A DNA stretch of 64,000 bases from Hormiphora californensis (lineage: Eukaryota > Animalia > Ctenophora), in contig CM035351.1 in the NCBI GenBank assembly GCA_020137815.1, positions 2,046,001 through 2,110,000 of the forward strand, in the 5' to 3' direction. The notes under the pieces are model-generated. The model did no database searches. It worked only from the letters and a program-made list of their open reading frames with translations, and was not told where the DNA came from. A program made the position numbers and the translations under genes. Position 1 is the stretch's first letter. Each line of letters starts with the position of its first letter. Shown piece by piece: positions 35,901 through 63,000 of this stretch.

Positions 35901-36690
35901 TTAGTTCAATAATCTCGTATATCAATCGTGTGTGTTATGTATTATGTACGTACTACGTGGTTTCACTCTAGTATCTATTCTTTTACAAATGACAACAAAC
36001 AAAAAACGTTTAGTGATATTGTACATGCTTTATCGTTACGTACCAGAATGCTAGATGACTAGATCTATAGGCTAGATCTAGAAGAACTGACAAATGGCAT
36101 CGAGTACCAGCAGCAGTGGTCGAACAAACTATTTGATACAAAGAGAGAAATGATTTGCCGCGTTATAACTTACACTGCCATGGGGCATGGGACAGTGAAA
36201 TGTGAACACGCCACTTCGGGAAGTATCACTTCCCACCCACTCCACCGCGGCCGGTCCACGTGCTCTACTCGCGCGAAATGTTTCGCGCGGCGATTTAGAA
36301 CGCGCAAAAACCTAACCGCGCAGTTTCATGGTACACGCGTCCCTAGTTGAATAAAACAGGTTTCCAAAATATTTTTACAAAATATTTTCATTTTCGTGCA
36401 TTTTTTTAAAAGTTCAAATTTACGTTTAAAAATGCATTCCTGGGGTTAAAAATGACTTAAAAACGTAAAAATTTTTCGGGGGGCTTCGCCCCCTCGACCC
36501 CTACCGGGGCTTGCAGCCCCTGGACCCTGCTTGCGGGGGCTCCGCCCCCTACACCCCCGCCGGGGCTGCGCCCCTGGCCCCCCTTGTGGCCTGTGGGGGG
36601 TTTCACCCCCCACACCCCCTGACCGGGGCTACCGCCCCTGGCCCCGTCCGCACAGGGGCTAGCGCGGCTGAAAGCCGCGCACCGCCCCTG
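26918..36690 (+). mobile_element. hAT DNA transposon with frameshifted transposase (27428-27781 + 33252-35298)
   Basis: 8-bp TSD GGCGATAG (26910-26917 and 36691-36698) and termini CAGGGCGG../..CCGCCCCTG. Motifs CFYCLLF..HASTKNH, FRGHDE, IDEATD, TRWN, and the hAT dimerisation motif TSVGCERSFSSLKRI. GC-rich subterminal repeats at 36476-36690. Confidence 0.92.
27782..33251 (-). mobile_element. Near full-length non-LTR retrotransposon (APE endonuclease + RT), heavily frameshifted, inserted in the hAT transposase
   Basis: Endonuclease start ICQLNISGL (~31720); RT motifs QEGF, LIDFEKAFDSV, GLPQ and QFADDG (~30100-29680). TAA-rich tail at 27782; TSD CCACCGAAG at 27773-27781 and 33252-33260. Confidence 0.9.
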
Positions 36691-39081
36691 GGCGATAGAG
36701 GGGCTGTTCCCCCAAGACTGCTCTGCGTGTAAGTCCAAATACACACTGGAAAGAGGAGACAGGCCTAAATTCCGCTGTGCTAGTTGTGGTGGAGGATCAC
36801 ATGACTGTGACCAGATTCTTAACCAGTCCACCTCCACTACCCCCGGCTTCGTGTGGGTTTGTGAGAGTTGCATTGGGAAGTTTAACCTGGAAACACTCAC
36901 AGGTCCGGGAGATGAAGAAAAACCACCCCCGAGTGCAACAAGCTTGAGGAAGTTCAGCCATCCAACGAACGAAACATTGACGAAGAAATGGAAGAAGAAG
37001 AGGAAGGAACGAAGCCCGACGAGACTCACTCGCCAACTAAAATAGAGGACGTCTGCACCTTCTACCTACGAAGGAAGTGTCGCCACGGCAGATACGGCAC
37101 CAAGAAATGGAGAGACACAGTTTGCCCGAAGAAACATCCTGAACTATGCCGAAAATACAGCAACTATGGTACCACCAGGCATATTGGTTGTAATCGGGGG
37201 ACTGAGTGTAAGTACTTCCACCCCCCATTGTGTCGATCCTCGGAAACCAAGAGGAAGTGCTTTAAGGTGGATTGCCAACACCAGCACCTGAAACACACCG
37301 ACAGATACGACGACGGAGAGTGGAAGGTAGCGGGGCAACGAAACCGTAACCATTCTGGCCAGGGCCAACAAAAGCAGCAGAACCGAACCGGAGACAGATC
37401 AAGATCTAGATCCAGAAACAGGAACCCTAGCAACAACTCAAATATCTCCAATCCCTGGAACAGGCCCAAGGAAAATAATGACAACAAAGGCGAAGAGGAT
37501 TTTTTCAAGCGCCTCCTGGAGAGGCTGACAATATCCCTTCCAGGAATAGTAGCGACGGAGTTGAACAAACAGAAGGTAGGTACCAACCCCAATGTATCAT
37601 GGAATCTTCCGAATCTGGTACCAGGGATGACACTTACCCAAGGCATGAGGTAAACCAACGATGCAAAGTTTCTACAAATTCGAGTCTGAGCTGAGCTTTT
37701 AGGTAGGTCTGGTATTTTCCATCCAAGAGGGTTCGCCGATTCTTGTCACTGCCTCTTTCTCACAATCCCCTGTTTCCCAAGTTTCCAATTTTGGCAATCC
37801 TTGCAGTAAATATCACCTGGAAAATCAGTATCATAACCCTCATAGCTATGTGAGTGAATGATGCAGGTTCCGGATATCTTAGTGACTGGAAGTTTGCATC
37901 CCCAAATTATAGTAAACCCAGGAACCCCTGAATCCTCAGCACCGCCAACCCCAGACCAGCTGAAAGAGCACCGTCACTCACTAAGCGAGCAATGGTCCCC
38001 TCGCCAGAAAAATATCCAGTTCTGGAGACGTAACTCCAGCAGTGATTCTTTTAGTACATTTGAAGATGATGACCCTCCTGATGGGCAGGTATAAACTGTT
38101 TTCTGCATTGCATGTTTCGTTAAAGAACACATCGCCTATCTTAGAGTTTACACATTCAATTCAAACTGGAATTGACATGTTTCTCTATCTCAAGGTTATT
38201 ATAAACGTGAATAGTCCACCTCACTCCCCAAGTCCGGATGAGTTTCCTATCAACCTGACTGAACACATGAACCTCCCTGAGTTTCGGATCACTTCGGAGA
38301 CACCACAACCAACATTCAACTCCCTGCAAGCGGTATAAATGTCCCTGTAGATTCTTGAAATGTGCAGTGAGTCCTGGAGTTATGAATGTCCCTTCGGCCT
38401 TCACTTACTGATTGCTGAGATGGCATGTGTAAACTTGTTTTGTTTAAACCCGTTTTATTTTCAAAAATTCCCCGTGTGGGCCACGCGGAAACAGGATCGA
38501 GTAAGGCAAGTGTGAACCTTGTGTATGATGTGTTTCAGGGGTTAGATTGTAACGATAATTGCTGCAAACAGAACACCAGAGGGAGCGCTCCTAGTCCCTT
38601 GCCAGTACCAATTGATGAGACAGGCATGCCTCTTGGGAGATATTATCTTCTCAGTCCCAGTCCTGTGCCCTCGACTCATTCTTCATCTAGTGGGAACTCT
38701 CTATCACCTGTACGTGCAGTACTAGATCTTTTATATCGGAGCATAGCCCCATAATTTCTCTCTTGGGAGTATCATGGGTCCAGTGTGACCACCGTTTCAG
38801 TTTCCCTGATCAGATTTTTCCAGGGTTATCTTGGTTCACCACGGAGGTTTAGTTTGGTCCCCCTGACTCCCGATCTACGGAATCCTAGCCCATGTAATCG
38901 CTCTACTACCCCATCAGTGAGTGAGAGTGAGGCTCAGTGCTGTGTGATATGAGAGTCTGTTTTGTCACGTGCTGAAAATTTGTGTGGCTCACACCGTCAT
39001 TTTATTTCATAAAAGGACTGAGCGCTGGTATTTTAGTGTAACGTATCCTTGTATTAGGGCAGTGTGCGAGACGGCGCTGAC

Positions 39082-53041
<13,960 letters not shown>

Positions 53042-53347
53042 GGAAGCTGCAATTGTATAACAAGACTCGTGATCTAAGTTATAAAAGCTCGGAGGATCAT
53101 TTAATGTCGAAAGATTAAAAACTGAAAGGGAGTTTTTAAAGGATCGCTTTGAGCTTGAGGAAGACTTGTCAGGTTTATATAATTTGTCTCATGATTATAT
53201 TATAAACTGGACTGCATCATATGCCATCAGTGAAGGGTGGAATAGGAGATTTTGAACATTTGTAATATATATAACGTTTAATTGTTGATTGTTAATTATA
53301 AAATAGTTTTGTAAAAAGAGCTATATAAAATATTGATGAAAGAAATA

Positions 53348-53504
53348 CAGTCGGACCCCGATTTAGCGGCACCCCGATTTAACGGCAGCATAATCTTCCC
53401 CCGATATAGGAAATTAACAGTATTTGACCCCGATTTAGCGGACACCCCGATTTAACGGACAAAACCCTTTCCCCCGAGGGTGCCGTTAAATCGGGGTCCG
53501 ACTG
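53348..53504. mobile_element. Tc1/mariner-pogo-type MITE, TA TSD
   Basis: TA|CAGTCGGACCCCGATTTA ... TAAATCGGGGTCCGACTG|TA. Confidence 0.9.
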
Positions 53505-54043
53505 TAATTATATTAAGGTGATTCATTTTAAAAATTCGCACGCTTCATAAGAATCTTATATCATTATCAGGGATAATCACTCAGGAGGAAATAATTTATC
53601 AAGCGAATATATATTCATTAATATTATATATTCTGTTCATGTATATATATGTCCGAGTGACATGAGCCTCTAATGAGGGGATGAGGAGGAAACATGTTTT
53701 TTTGTGTTTGTGTTTTTGTTGTCGACTTTTATTTGATGATTTGAAACCAATATCTGAGTATGATTTTCTCTCCCCAATCCATCTCCACAGCACTCCATTT
53801 TTTTAATAACATGATTATATGTAACATGGAATATTGTTATACCCGGGTACTTTTTGTAAGTTGGTATTTTGATACAAACTCACCCGAGTACTTGTGGTTA
53901 ACATACCCGGGTACTTTTCTGTAAGTTGGTCCCTAACAATATTCCATGTTACATATTAACACAATTACAGTTCTCCCTTAATAATCTACTTCAAAAACTT
54001 CCCCTTGGTCTACCGAACCCTCGCAAAGTTCCCCGGCTTCCCC

Positions 54044-57000
54044 CTACTTTCTCTTTCGTTTCCTTTGCCCCGAACTGGCGTCCACCACAGCATTATTCTC
54101 GTAACGATGAGCCCTCCTCCTAGCGTATGAGTAAAAGTAGGAGCGGCAGTTGTACCGATGTGCCTGACTCCACCGCACATTCTGTTGGATCTTTTCCAGA
54201 CCCGCCATTACACCCTGAGGGAGAGGAAGTGGGGAGATCAGGCGGGATAAAAAGGATGAGAGGATATACTTGGTATGTGAATTACACATTACATTACATT
54301 AATTCTGTCCCATTACATTAAGGATCTAAATCTCATGAAACTAACTCCACCTTTCGACTAAAGCATATCATAGTTCTTGGCGTGATCTGACTGTTTCTCT
54401 CTTTCTCAAAAGATCAGGCCGGGTAAAAACAGTTTATTTGACCCTACCTGAATTCCTATCCCAATTATTACCTGCATTCCTGCCCCAGGATCGTGCTCAT
54501 TGAAGAACATCTGAACATCCTGGTAATCCTCTGGTTTTCTCAAGTTTTCTACCGTTGCCTCCAGCAGGAACTGATGTTGGAAGGGCAACTTGGACATCTT
54601 CTAAACAGGGAGGGTGAGTCGTTAGTTCTTTTAGAGCTCGAGTAGTATTAGTAAAAGCTTATTAACGGTAACCTAGAATTTCCCCACACATGCAGGGTGG
54701 TCCATAAATTATGATTTACGGCTCCCGCCCTGATCATGATTTATGGACCACCCCGAATTTTGGTGTTCATTGGTATATATTATGGCAACTATAGTGTTTA
54801 TACCTTGTTGTACAGATCAAAGTTATCTTTAAGGAAGCGCCACATGGTGTCCGGATGTTCAGGGGCGACAATGTATACCGCCCCGGCTGTCACTATCTCA
54901 GATTTGTTCAGGGACACGGATAGCAGGGTGCGTAATGAACTCCTGGGGGGATGTTAACCATCTTAGGGGCGCTGAGGGGGCGCTGACTTGATTTACCAAG
55001 TGGAGGAATTGGAGCGAGGGGGTAAAGAGAGGGGTCGTGAAATAGGGCTTGTCTGTTTTAACTTACTCATTTTTGGTCTGTGCTAATATGTAAATGAGCT
55101 CCATTATCGTCTGTTCATCCTCCGATTTCTTCAAAACATCCAGTTTACCCATCCAGAACTGTTTATCTTCTGTAGCCCGCTTCTGCATCATTATCTGTCT
55201 CATCTCAGGATCTATATCTTTTGTGGTACTGTGGATTGATTGAGAGAGGGTAGTCGTAGAGAAGTAACTACCAGTAAATGTTAATTAAACTACTAGTTAA
55301 GCTAGTACTAGGGAAGTGTTATATTATATGCTAGAGAGATATGGTGGAAGATAGGGAAGTATCGAATATTATATGTTAGAGAGATGGAACTGTTCCAGGT
55401 GGAAATGTGTATGACGGACTGTTTCTTGTTTTATTTCTTCTGAAGGGGTGCTGAAGGAGAGATAAAGGAGATGAAAGGGTGGAATCTGGGTTGCAAGGTG
55501 TTCATACTTAACTAGTTCTTATGGCGGTATTATTCAGTATGGACAAATAAACTCCCTTCTGACAAGGTGATCCCGAATATAACTAAAGCGATTATATAGG
55601 CAATTAGGTTCAAGTTATTAAAATGAGATGCCACCATTATAACAATCACAAACCCGTGATATCGCCCCCTTGAATATATTGATGCTCTCACACACACTTG
55701 ATGCTCTACACACAGAGGAGGGCTTTATTGATGCTCTCACACACACTGGGTGCTCTACACACACACACAGGGGGCTTGATTGATGCTCTCACACACACTG
55801 GATGCTCTACACACGCAGGGGGGGGGGCTTGATTGATGCTCTCACACACACTTGATGCTCTCACACACACAGACAGGGCTTGATTGATGCTCTCACACAC
55901 ACTGAATGCTCTACACACAGAGGAGGGCTTGATTGATGCTCTCACACACACTGAATGCTCTACACACAGAGGAGGGCTTGATTGATGCTCTCACACATGC
56001 ATTATATCACACTCACTGACGTCGGTAGCGCTTTTTGCTGAGCTCAACAGCATAAGTTAGGAAGTCTGCAGCAGCAGAGCATTGCGGGCAGGGGGCGTGG
56101 ACGTCCAATTGATAATAGCAGTACTTGCCGGATATAACTCTGTCATCATCTCGTTCCTAATTAGATTCCTAATTACAATCCATTGTATAGGATTCGATTC
56201 CTAATTACAAATAATTGTCAAGGTTGATTCATGATGATGTTAAACGTCGAGATCTGCTAATCTAACCCCCCCCCCCCCATCTACTGATCTAGACTAAATA
56301 GAGGGTGCACCCCGTTTAATGTCAGAAGACCGTTCATTTACTGTCAGTTCATTTGAAATCCCATTATATAGACATTAGACTTAAAGACTTTATCTACCTT
56401 GGATAAGGAAATATCTTGCTATCGTCACTCAATATCCCCCAAAATTTAAAAATTTGCTCTTTAATTCTCGAATAATTTCGGGCGAGCACCTTGAAAATGA
56501 AAATATTCGGGGAATATAGGAAAAGGGGAGGAATTATTCTAGAAAAAGAGGTGTATTTTTGTAAATGGCTGCTTGTCAACCCATTATACACTATTGTAGT
56601 TGCATTATATGCCCATATATGGTGGTGTTTTTTCAATTCAACGTGTCCAGTTACCCGGTTTCACGTCAATCTCGAGGAATCCATACGTAATAGTCACTTG
56701 CCGTAAACTAGTTCATGTGCCACGCCTTGTTCTAAGTTCTAACCCTCGCGAAAAGAGGGTCGAGCTAGGCAAGCCACGCCTTGTACTTAATATTGTATGT
56801 GCCACGTTGCATTCAAAACTATTCCGGTACTGCAGTGAGCAAGTTACCTCGGTCCGGTGACTAGATCTGACACTCCTGGGTGACCAATTTGGATGGCTAT
56901 CTGAGTTATCTCATTCCTTAGCAACCGATCCTTCAGAGGTAGACCTTTGTAGTTGGTTCCCATGGCAACTACCTCCCTAACAACATCGTCCAATAGATCC

Positions 57001-60000
57001 TTTACACACACCTGGGAGGGAGGGGATGGGAGAGAGATATAAAGCTTCAATGGTTTAATGGTATTTCTGAAAGTATAATCCGTGCAACTGTGTATTACAC
57101 AAGACGATGATGTATATTATTCCGATCAACCGATACAGAAATTTGTTCAATATAAGTGAAATAGTGCATAAACAGTGGGCGTGGTTGCCAAGACGATACT
57201 GGGGGAGGGGCGGGCTAAAAGAATAAAGAGGGCTGCCGCACATTGAAGAACAATTGGCATTCGTGGTGATAAGGTGGTTGTGGTCTGCGGGATTATATCT
57301 GATCGTATGTTCATTTAAATCGAGATATTTATTTTATTATTACATGCAAGTTTATTAAAACATGCAAATTAAACCCTGCAAGTTTATTAAAACATGCAAA
57401 TTAAGCCCTGCAAGTTTATTAAAACATGCAAATTAAACCCTGCATGCTCGTACCTTTACCTTTGTAGCGAACTTCTCAGCCGAGGTGAAAGCTTTGAGTA
57501 ACTTTCTGAACCACCCCGCGGCAATCTTCCAGGGTGCGTAGTCTCGTTCCTTTTTCAGGTACAATGTCAACTGGAGAGTCATTGTAATTTCTATCTTTTC
57601 TGCGTCCGCCAACACAATCAGATCTGACAGTAGCTGTGCTCGATCTGAGGGGGGGGGGGAGTGTGACAAGAGTTAGTTGTTTGAATGCAGTCCACCCACG
57701 AAGAGATTGCAGTGAGGAAGTCATACTGCATAATATACATAAAGCTTGGTCTTGTTTGAAAGGGAAGATAACGCTTGTAATTTCTAACTTCAATAGTTAT
57801 AACTCAGCTGAGCTCAGCTTATAACTCAGCTTGTAGGGAAGTAATTATGCTAAAATACTAGAATAAAAGTACAGTAGTATAACAATTGTGTGTGATATAT
57901 GGTTAAACACCATCACGATGGCTTGGCTATTAATAGCTCCCCGATAAATCAATATTCTGCAAGCGTGCAGCAATCAGTCACTTTGATTTTAAATAGTTCA
58001 GATTGAGAAACTCCTCCTCTAAAGATACTATATTTAGAATGGTAGCGGTCGTAAAGGGCAGGGCGTTAAACTGTTAAAGTGCTATCAAGTTTAAAGTACT
58101 ATTCAATTTAACTGACTATATTAGCTAGTAACAACACTTAAAGGTAAATTAAGGGTACGCTAACCAAAATTTTTTTTCGAGTGCAGGGAAATCTCTCACC
58201 GTAGGGTTGTAGGCCATGCCAAGGAGACCTCAAATATGCAATTTGAGCTCTCAAGTCGAATTCATATTTTTGCTACAGCTGCTTGAAAAATGAACTGAAA
58301 ATAAGTTTTTGGCATCTTAAAAATACATTTGTAAAGATAGGATCATCAAAATTTGTGGATTTGAAGAGGACAAAGAGGTGAGTAGCCACAAAATTTTTTT
58401 TTGAAATCCGAGCTGATTTCCGGTCCTGAGATGGATTTCTTTTTTTTTACTTTAACGCCATATTTGGCCAAGTTCCGAAAATATGTGAAAGCTGTAAATT
58501 GGTCAAAAGTTGCGTCTAACGATTCTCTATATGGCCATAAATTTTGGGCGCGTCCTTATTTGAGATAAGCTGTACAGAGGTTTTTTTGTGAAAGCCGTCA
58601 TTTCAGAAATAAATAAATTCCCTGTATCTCAAAAACGACTGATTGTAGAGACCAGAGACTATGCTTAAACGATTCAGAAGGTCCGATTTTGGGGGGGTCT
58701 TCTGAGAGACATTTTGCTCCTACTTCAACCGTTTTTGCTGTAATTGCGAAAAACAAAAATCCATCTTCGCCATCGTGGATTTTTTGTGATTTTGTTTTTG
58801 GTGATTATAGGGACCCATATGGACCAAATAGTGAAGAAAGGGTAGTATGAAAGATTAGGTCGTGCGCGCCAAATGGCGCCATATGGCGCCATTTGGCGCC
58901 ATCAAATTCGCCAAATGGCGCCACGTGGCGAATAAATGGCGCCATTTGGCGCCAAAATGTGGCGAATGCGCACTATCGCCAAATATCGCCATTTCTGGCG
59001 CCAAATGGCGCCATTTGGCGCCAAATCTGGCGCCACGTGGCGCCAGTGGCGATCGCCATTCGCCAAATATTGGCGACTCTTGGCGGTATCGCCACGTGGC
59101 GATGGTACAAAGTCTGAAAAAAAAACGTGCGCAAAATTGTTATCGCCAAATGGCGCCATTTGGCGCCATTAAGTGATCAGGAGATCAAGTCGCCAAATGG
59201 CGCCGTTTGGCGACATCTGGCGCCGTTCGTCGCCAAATGGCGCCAAATGGCGCCAATCTTCACAAAGTGGCGCCAAATGGCGCCATTCGGCGAATTTTTC
59301 GCCATATGGCGCCATTTGGCGCCACTTGGCGATACTCATCGCCAAACATCGCCATTTGTCGCCATTTGTCGATGTATCAATAATATTTTCATTGGTTTTC
59401 AAAGGAGTACACTCGCCGTTCTGCGCCACGTGGCGCCAACTGGCGATTAATTCGCCAAATGGCGCCGTTTGTCGCCATTTGGCGACATATGGCGCCAAGA
59501 ATCGCCATAGGGCGCCAAATGTCGCCATTTGGAGCCAAACGTCGCCATTCGGCGCCAAATGTCGCCATATGGCGCCAAACGTCGCCATTCGGCGCCAAAT
59601 GTCGCCATATGGCGCCAAATTTTTGTCAAATGTTTGTCGCCATTTGGCGCCAAACGTCGCCATATGGCGCCATTTGGCGCCGAACGTCGCCATTTGGCGC
59701 CAAATGTCGCCATATAGCGCCAAATGGCGACATATGGCGCAAACTGTTTGTCAAATGTTAGTCGCCATTTTGCGCCAAATGTCGCCATATGGCGCCAAAC
59801 GTCGCCATTTGGCGCCAAATGTCGCCATATGGCGCCAAATTTTTGTCAAATATTTGTCGCCATTTGGCGCCAAACGTCGCCATTTGTCGCCGAACGTCGC
59901 CATTTGGCGCCATATAGCGCCAAATGGCGACATATGGCGCAAAATGTTTGTCAAATGTTAGTCGCCATTTGGCGCCAAATGTCGCCATATGGCGCCAAAC

Positions 60001-63000
60001 GTCGCCATTTGGCGCCATATGGCGACGTTCGGCGCCAAATGGCGACTAACATTTGACAAACATTTTGCGCCATATGTCGCCATTTGGCGCTTTATGGCGA
60101 CATTTGGCGCCAAATGGCGACGTTCGGCGCCAAGTGGCGACAAATGGCGCCATATGGCGACGTTTGGCGACTAATGGCGACAAACATTTGCCAAAAAATT
60201 TGGCGCCATATGGCGACATTTGGCGCCAAATGGCGACGTTTGGCGCCATATGGCGACGTTTGACGCCAAATGGCGCCGCATGGCGACGTTTGGCGCAACT
60301 AGCAACATTTGGCGCCAATTGGCGCCAGTTGGCGATTTTTTCGCCAAATGGCGCCACGCGGCGCCGAGTGGCGAGCGTCATATTTTGGAAAGCATTGAAA
60401 ATTTGCTATTCTTATCGCCAAATGGCGCCATTTGGCGATAACAATTTTGCGCATGTTTTTTTTCAGACTTTGTACCATCGCCACGTGGCGATACCGCCAA
60501 GAGTCGCCAATATTTGGCGAATGGCGATCGCCACTGGCGCCACGTGGCGCCACGCGGCGCCAGATTTGGCGCCAAATGGCGCCATTTGGCGCCAGAAATG
60601 GCGATATTTGGCGATAGTGCGCATTCGCCACATTTTGGCGCCAAATGGCGCCATTTATTCGCCACGTGGCGCCATTTGGCGAATTTGATGGCGCCAAATG
60701 GCGCCATATGGCGCCATTTGGCGCGCACGACCTAATCTTTCATACTACCCTTTCTTCACTATTTGGTCCATATGGGTCCCTATAATCACCAAAAACAAAA
60801 TCACAAAAAATCCACGATGGCGAAGATGGATTTTTGTTTTTCGCAATTACAGCAAAAACGGTTGAAGTAGGAGCAAAATGTCTCTCAGAAGACCCCCCCA
60901 AAATCGGACCTTCTGAATCGTTTAAGCATAGTCTCTGGTCTCTACAATCAGTCGTTTTTGAGATACAGGGAATTTATTTATTTCTGAAATGACGGCTTTC
61001 ACAAAAAAACCTCTGTACAGCTTATCTCAAATAAGGACACGCCCAAAATTTATGGCCACTTAGATAATCGTTAGACGCAACTTTTCACCAATTTACAGCT
61101 TTCACATGTTTTCGGAACTTTGCCAAATAGGGCGTTAAAGTGGAAAAAAAGAAATCCATCTCAGGACCGGAAATCAGCTCGGATTGCAAAAAAAAATTTT
61201 GTGGTTATTCACCTTCATGTCCTCTTCAAATCCCCAAATTTTCATGCTCCTATCTTTAAAATAATTTTTTTGAGATGCCAAAAACGTATTTACAGGACAT
61301 TTTTTAAACAGCTGTAGCAAAAATATGAATTCGACTTAAGGGCTAAAATTGCATATTTGAGGTCTCCTTGGCATGGCCTACAACCCTACGGTGAGAGATT
61401 TCCCTGCACTCGAAAAAAATTTTTGGTTAGCGTACCCTTAAGGCACGGTGCAAGAGGGGGCAATGCCAGTTACTAATGTATGACTAATATGGGCTGATGG
61501 AAGATTAGTAATATAACTAATAAAAGCATTTCGAGAATATTATATACCAGCAGGAGTGAGACGAGTATGGTCATCAACGAGGAGGAAGAACATCTTCTGC
61601 CACCCAGAGAGATCGTAATTGGTAATGTAGTACATCCTATAGTCGTTATTGGCTTTCACCCACGTGGCGGGTTTCCGTAGTGTCACGTAGTTCACCCGCT
61701 CCTTTAGAATTATCGGCTGAAAGGGTGAGGTAGTAGCTGCAGTTATTAATTGGTTTCAACGCAGTGTAAAATGGAGCAAAAATAAGTAGATCCTTTCAGA
61801 TCTGACCTTGGCATATTTTAGGAGGACCTCAGAAGGGGTGGTATGGGGTTTCATTAATAGCACTTTCGTGTGAGATAATGTAATTTATACCTCGTCATTG
61901 CGCTCGGAACTGGAAGTATAGGTAAAGGGAATGTGCCAGTTGAAGTTGTAGGGGGAGTTATATGGGTCTCCACCGGGCTGTTCCAGTAGGAACCTCTCCT
62001 GGGTAACCCGGACACAGGTCTTGTTCACCATCTCAACTGTCACCTAGGTGTAGAGTTAAATCATGTTAGAACATGATCTAACATTTCACGATGATTCCTA
62101 TACATATTTGCTTTCGGCTGATTAACTAACTGCTAAGTGCATTATTAGCAGCGGGAAAATGTAGTCTCACTAGACCTTTACAACTTACAAATGCTGTACT
62201 TTAGCTTTAGTATACTTACCAATGGCATGCTAGTCTGTAGAGTGTATCTGTTTATTAGCTCAGTAACATCAATATCCACACCCTCACTATCTGCACCTTC
62301 TTGGAGTGCCTAGACAACATACCCGGGTTAGTATAGTCACATGGCCTCCTTGATAGAGCTGAGACTCTGTTATTATAGGTCATATAGGACCACAGATCCG
62401 TGATATAATGTAGTAAAATCTGGGCCCATTATATTTGGCGGCGCTGACCCGATTAGAGCGCACAAAAGCACGTAGACAAATCAAAACACGACACTTATAA
62501 TGGGCATTATTACCTGAGTGAAGTCTTGTAAGGTGGCTGTACCAAAGGCAAATCGTTTCAGGTATATTTGTGTTCCCCTACGGAATGCGGCAGGTCCGAT
62601 GGTAAAGTATACCATTCGGTAGATTAGGGGCCCCCGCTCGTAGGTGATCGAGTCAAATAGCTGCATAATCTGGAGGGTGGAAAGAGTCAAATAATAGTTT
62701 GAAAGCGGCACGAGATGTAAATATTGGTCATTTATTATAAATATAAGGCAGCGGATTACGAGCAATCCCAGCTCTGTGGATTTCTGATTTGAAATGCGTT
62801 CTACCAAAGTCACTCACATCACCCTGTTTTTTAGGGTTCCAATATGCGGGTCGGGACATGCTGCCTCCGTCTAACCGTACTGCTCTCTGAAAGATTACAC
62901 TGACATTCAGAATCTCAGCAGTGATTGATGGAGGGTGTTAAATCAAAGCTAATGAAATAAATTCTTAGGTAAAATTGTCCGCTCATCAGTGTTTGATCTA

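Larger units (their letters stand above)
26662..37653 (+). mobile_element. Non-LTR ORF1-like gene (PHD-like finger + three CCCH fingers) interrupted by a hAT element; coding parts 26662-26917 and 36699-37653
   Basis: Removing 26918-36698 rejoins ..DWMIMAI|EGLFPQDCSACK..FRCASCGGGSHDC..WVCESC. After a frameshift come CTFYLRRKCRHG..CPKKH, CRKY..CNRGTECKYFH and CRSS..CFKVDCQHQH. No RT is recognisable downstream. Confidence 0.7.

Noticed and set aside
36457-37029. 190-aa minus-strand ORF
   Set aside because: Antisense to the PHD region plus the GC-rich hAT subterminal repeats.
58862-60735. Many overlapping ORFs (MAPFGAKWRH..)
   Set aside because: Artefacts of a stop-poor palindromic satellite, open in all frames.
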